Positions 60,139-64,000 of a DNA stretch of 64,000 nt are shown here, in pieces. The position numbers and the translations under genes were made by a program. The notes below the pieces were generated by a model. It worked only from the letters and a program-made list of their open reading frames with translations, ran no database searches and was not told the origin of the DNA. The first letter of the stretch is position 1. Each line of letters starts with the position of its first letter. Origin of the DNA: an uncultured Candidatus Entotheonella sp. Its GTDB lineage: Bacteria > Tectomicrobia > Entotheonellia > Entotheonellales > Entotheonellaceae. Location: contig CBDCDA010000002.1 of NCBI GenBank assembly GCA_965215335.1, positions 384,001-448,000 on the forward strand, given 5' to 3'.

Positions 60139-61308
60139 TCAAACTACCACCCCCGCGCCCTGCAGGTCGGCGATTTCCGCCCCGCCGTAGCCCAACTCCG
60201 TCAGCACGTCATAGGTGTGCTCGCCCTGCTCCGGGGTCGGCGTGCGCACGCCGCCAGGGGTGCGCGTCAGGGTGACCGGGGTGCCCAGCACCTCGACTTC
60301 GCCCAGCTTGGGGTGCGACACGGCTTGAGTGATCTGCAGGTGCCGCACTTGCGGGTCGGCGAACGTCTGGTCGATCGTGTACACCGGGCCGCAGGGAACG
60401 CCGGCGGCGTTGATTCGCTCCACCCAGTCGGCAACGCTGCGGTCCTTCAGGCAGTCGGCGATGATGTCGTTGAGCTCGTCCCGGTGCCGCTGGCGTTGCT
60501 GCGGTGAGTTGAAGCGTTCGTCGGTGTAGAGATCCATGCGCTCGATCGCCTTGCAGAAACGCTCATAAAGCTCCTGGCCAGCAGGAGCGATGTTCAGGTA
60601 GCCGTCCATGGCGCGAAACGTGTTGGTGGGCACGCCGGTCGGGTGGTTGTTCCCGGCCTGCGGCGGCACTTCCTTGCCGATGAGCCAGCGGGTGGCCTGG
60701 AAGTCGAGCATTTGCACCATCGCTTCCAGCAGCGAGGTGTGAATCCATTGCCCCTCGCCCGACTGCTCGCGCTCGTACAGAGCCGTCAGCACCCCCATGG
60801 CCAGAAACATGCCGGCGGTGAGGTCGGCGACGGGAATGCCGACGCGCACCGGCCCGTTGCCCGGCAAGCCCGTCACGCTCATCAGGCCGCCCAGCCCTTG
60901 GGCGATCTGGTCGACGCCCGCACGGTCGGCGTAAGGCCCGCTCTGGCCAAAGCCGGAAATGCTCGCGTAGACTAGCCGGGGATTGAGCGGACGAAGGGTT
61001 TCGTAGTCGATCCCCAGGCGGTGTTTGACGCCCGGCCGGTAGTTCTCCACCAGCACGTCGGCGGCCCGCACCATGCGCCTGAGAATGTCGACGCCACTGG
61101 CGTGCTTGAGGTTGAGCGTGATGCTTCGCTTGTTGCGGTGCAGGTTCTGGAAGTCGAAGTGATGCCGCCCCAGTCCGGCGTGCTCGGCGGGATTCTCGAC
61201 CTTGACCACCCGGGCGCCCATGTCGGCAAGGTGCCGCACACACGTCGGACCGGCGCGCGCCCGCGTGAGGTCGATGATTTTGATGTCGGACAAGGGGGGC
61301 AAGCCCAT
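60139..61308 (-). CDS. CaiB/BaiF family III CoA-transferase
   Basis: DLTRARAGP, LADMGA, RNKRS, ENYRPG, SISGFG, PEQGEHT. Confidence 0.94.
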   Translation of the reverse strand: MGLPPLSDIKIIDLTRARAGPTCVRHLADMGARVVKVENPAEHAGLGRHHFDFQNLHRNKRSITLNLKHASGVDILRRMVRAADVLVENYRPGVKHRLGIDYETLRPLNPRLVYASISGFGQSGPYADRAGVDQIAQGLGGLMSVTGLPGNGPVRVGIPVADLTAGMFLAMGVLTALYEREQSGEGQWIHTSLLEAMVQMLDFQATRWLIGKEVPPQAGNNHPTGVPTNTFRAMDGYLNIAPAGQELYERFCKAIERMDLYTDERFNSPQQRQRHRDELNDIIADCLKDRSVADWVERINAAGVPCGPVYTIDQTFADPQVRHLQITQAVSHPKLGEVEVLGTPVTLTRTPGGVRTPTPEQGEHTYDVLTELGYGGAEIADLQGAGVVV

Positions 61309-61457
61309 ACGCGGCTCCTTCGCTCACTGGACTCTGGCACGGGACGTGTCGACTCGTTGGCCTGCTCTGCGTATCGTAGCCACAGCTTCCACCCTGTCAA
61401 GGAGAAAGGACGCAGCCGCATGAGGCGACCTGGGGGATCCGCATCCCCGTCCATGCC

Positions 61458-61904
61458 TCAGCGCCCGCTGCTCCCGAAACCGCCGGCGCCCCGGCCGGTG
61501 GGCTCGATCGCGTCGGGGGAAACACGCCGCAGGGTGACCCGCGGCACGGGCAGGATCAGGAGCTGCGCCAAGCGCTCGCCACGTTGCACGTGCAGGGTTT
61601 GCCGCTGGCAGTTTTCGACTAGCAGTTGCACCGAACCCCGATAACCGGCATCGACGACCCCGGGATGGACCGACAGGCCACGCTGAAAGACCGAACTGCG
61701 TCCGAGAATCTGGCCGTACCAGCCAGGCGGAATTTGCAGGACGATCTCCAGATCGATCCGGCACGGTACGCCGGGAACAAGCGCGTGTTTTTCGGGAATC
61801 GCCAGGTCGAAGCCGGCGTCGTCGGCATATGTCCTCCGCGGCGCAAAGGCGCGCGGCGTCAGACAGGCGACGCGAAGTTCAACGGCTGCGTCGTGCGTCG
61901 CCAT
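61458..61904 (-). CDS. dut: dUTP diphosphatase
   Basis: AGFDL, GRSS, GVVDAGYRG, GERLAQL, RGAGGFGSSG. Confidence 0.93.
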   Translation of the reverse strand: MATHDAAVELRVACLTPRAFAPRRTYADDAGFDLAIPEKHALVPGVPCRIDLEIVLQIPPGWYGQILGRSSVFQRGLSVHPGVVDAGYRGSVQLLVENCQRQTLHVQRGERLAQLLILPVPRVTLRRVSPDAIEPTGRGAGGFGSSGR

Positions 61905-62042
61905 CGTCGGCTCCTGCCATTCGGCTTGCGGTACTGCCCACGAATCCAGAACGCCAGGCATTGCCCCGTCGGTCAATTCCTGGTACAAGACGGAATCGGC
62001 GGTCAGGTCGCCCTCGTCAGGGAACTCCCCCGGGAGGAAGTC

Positions 62043-62597
62043 GTGTACCCCCAAACGGTTATCCTGCAAAACGACATGGAAGTCGAACTGTGGCCGATGA
62101 CCCCGGACGACGCCCCGGCCCTGCTGGCGTTTTACCGCTCTTTGCCCCCGGAAGATCTGCTGTACCTGAGAGAGGACGTCACGTCTGCGGCATCCATGCA
62201 GCGCTGGATCAAGGGCATCGAAAGCGAGCAGAACTGGCACCTGGTAGCGGGGCATGAAGGGCGGATTATCGCCGACGGCGAGCTCGATCGGCAGTTTTAC
62301 GGCTGGTCACAGCATATCGGTGAATTGCGTATCGTCGTCGACCTGTCGTTTCGCAACAGCGGCCTGAGTCGTTTCGTCACCCACGAGATCTTGGCGCAAG
62401 CCGTGGACGAGGGTCTTCACAAGGTCATGGTACAGATGACCGTCGATCAGCGCTCGGCGATCCGTATGTTCGAGAAGCTGGGCTTTTGCCATGAAGCCCT
62501 CCTCAGGGAGCACGCCAAGGACCAGCACGGCGAACTGCGCGACCTGGTCATCATGGCCTACTTCACCCGCGATTTCCTGACCCCGACCTCGCAATGA
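62043..62597 (+). CDS. GNAT family N-acetyltransferase
   Basis: HIGELRIVV, FRNSGL, AIRMFEKLGF; GTG start after GGAGG. Confidence 0.85.
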   Translation: MYPQTVILQNDMEVELWPMTPDDAPALLAFYRSLPPEDLLYLREDVTSAASMQRWIKGIESEQNWHLVAGHEGRIIADGELDRQFYGWSQHIGELRIVVDLSFRNSGLSRFVTHEILAQAVDEGLHKVMVQMTVDQRSAIRMFEKLGFCHEALLREHAKDQHGELRDLVIMAYFTRDFLTPTSQ

Positions 62598-62631
62598 CCT
62601 TCTCTCCTCGCCGCCCAGTCCACCGCCACCG

Positions 62632-63807
62632 TCAAGTCGTATACAGCGCGTTGATCCGCACGTATTGTTCCGTCAGATCACAGCCCCACGCCGTGGCTTG
62701 GCCGTTGCCCAGCCCCAGGTCCACGACGATGCGCACCTCCGGTGCTTGCAAGCGGGTTTCCAGCGCCCGCAAATCCACGTCCTGCGGCTCTCCCATGGCA
62801 AAGACGCACGTGTCACCGAAAGCCATGCGCAGAAGTTCCGGGCGAATGTCCGACTCCTCGTGGCACTTGCCGATGGCCATGGCCAGGCGTCCCCAGTTCG
62901 GGTCGGCGCCATGCACCGCGGTCTTGACCAGCGGGGAGTTTACAATCGCCTTGGCGATGCGCCTGGCCTGCGCGTCGTCGCGCGCTGCGGTCACGACAAC
63001 CTCGATCAGCTTTGTGGCGCCCTCCCCGTCCCGCGCCACTTCCCTGGCCAGGTGGATGCACACCTCGTCAAGCGCCGCCTGAAAAGCGTCGGGGTCCACC
63101 TCGCCGGCCAGCCCGTTGGCCATGGCGATGACCGTGTCGCTGGTGCTGGTGTCGGTGTCCACGCTGATCATGTTGAAGGACTTGTGCACCGCCCGCTGCA
63201 GCATCGGGCGCAGCACCGCCGGCGGCAGGGCCGCGTCGGTGAATACGAAGGCGAGCAGCGTCGCCATGTCCGGCTCGATCATGCCCGCGCCCTTGGCAAT
63301 GCCGGCGAGCACGGCGCCCCCTACCCGTCTGGCGATGCGCTTGGGCCGGGTATCCGTCGTCATGATGGCTTCGGCCGCCAGGTCCAAAGCTTCCGGGCGC
63401 AATTCGTTGCACAGATGCCCCACGATGGCTTCCTGGAAACGATCCATCGGCAGGTGATGGCCGATGACGCCCGTCGAACTCGGAATGACGTCCTCGGGCG
63501 CGACCCCCAATTCCTCGGCCACCCAGCGGCAGGTTGCCCGGGCATCGTCCACGCCGCGCTGGCCGGTGGCGACGTTGGCGTTCTTGCTGTTGACGACCAG
63601 CGTTTGCATATGGCCGTCAGTCAGATGCTCGCGGCCCACGATGACCGGCGCGCCGCAGAACAGGCTTTGGGTGAACATGCCCACCGCCGCGGCCCGCGCC
63701 GTGGAGTGGATGACCGCGAAGTCCAGGGTCTCGTCCTTGATGCCGATGTTCTTGGCGACGCTCAGGTAGCCCTGGGGCTGGAATGGCAACGTTGGTGCAC
63801 TCGTCAT
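62632..63807 (-). CDS. argJ: Bifunctional ornithine acetyltransferase/N-acetylglutamate synthase
   Basis: NANVATG, SSTGVIG, IMTTDT, AKGAGMIEPDMATLL, DGEGATK, DPNWGR, WGCDLT. Confidence 0.95.
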   Translation of the reverse strand: MTSAPTLPFQPQGYLSVAKNIGIKDETLDFAVIHSTARAAAVGMFTQSLFCGAPVIVGREHLTDGHMQTLVVNSKNANVATGQRGVDDARATCRWVAEELGVAPEDVIPSSTGVIGHHLPMDRFQEAIVGHLCNELRPEALDLAAEAIMTTDTRPKRIARRVGGAVLAGIAKGAGMIEPDMATLLAFVFTDAALPPAVLRPMLQRAVHKSFNMISVDTDTSTSDTVIAMANGLAGEVDPDAFQAALDEVCIHLAREVARDGEGATKLIEVVVTAARDDAQARRIAKAIVNSPLVKTAVHGADPNWGRLAMAIGKCHEESDIRPELLRMAFGDTCVFAMGEPQDVDLRALETRLQAPEVRIVVDLGLGNGQATAWGCDLTEQYVRINALYTT

Positions 63808-64000
63808 GAACGCTCTCTCCTGGCGCTTGCGTCGGTTCGACAATAACCGAATTGCTTCTCGAAAGACGTCAACGCGTCGTCGATGACCCCCACCATGCGA
63901 TCAACCTCCTCCCGCGTGATGCACAACGGCGGCGACAGCATGATCACGTGGGTGGCACGAGTCAGCAGGCCCTTCTCGAGCAGAAGCGCGTTCAGGGCAT
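63804..64000 (-). CDS. Class-III PLP aminotransferase, C-terminal end (partial)
   Basis: Minus strand reads ...EKGLLTRATHVIMLSPPLCITREEVDRMV...ERS*; stop overlaps the argJ ATG. Confidence 0.75.
   Translation of the reverse strand, partial: ALNALLLEKGLLTRATHVIMLSPPLCITREEVDRMVGVIDDALTSFEKQFGYCRTDASARRERS

Overview
GC-rich bacterial chromosomal window, mostly housekeeping and metabolic genes: gltB end/gltD, fabH, lon, hisC, amt, hisS, mfd, aroE, uvrB/uvrC, rlmD, tRNA-Val and tRNA-Asp, folD, alkA, dut and argJ. There are two accessory patches. The first (~30.1-37.45 kb) is a defence-type island: an uncharacterised gene, an intact putative Type II endonuclease plus N6-adenine methyltransferase pair, two adjacent IS elements, and a second, convergent, dead restriction-modification pair. 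The second (~50.0-53.75 kb) holds an ISAzo13 remnant, an AT-richer polytopic membrane protein with an in-frame G12 tract, an ATPase fragment and a DprE2-like SDR. Other notable items are a TcuA-like flavoprotein coupled to ETF and a ComB-like phosphatase with no tcuB, an atypical 839-aa transketolase, an ACP-FAAL-acyltransferase fusion, and a sigma-54/IHF promoter for amt with non-NtrC palindromes. Many intergenic spaces contain gene relics (GDSL esterase, hicBA, IS5, pilC), suggesting ongoing genome erosion. All calls come from motif recognition by eye; no searches were run.
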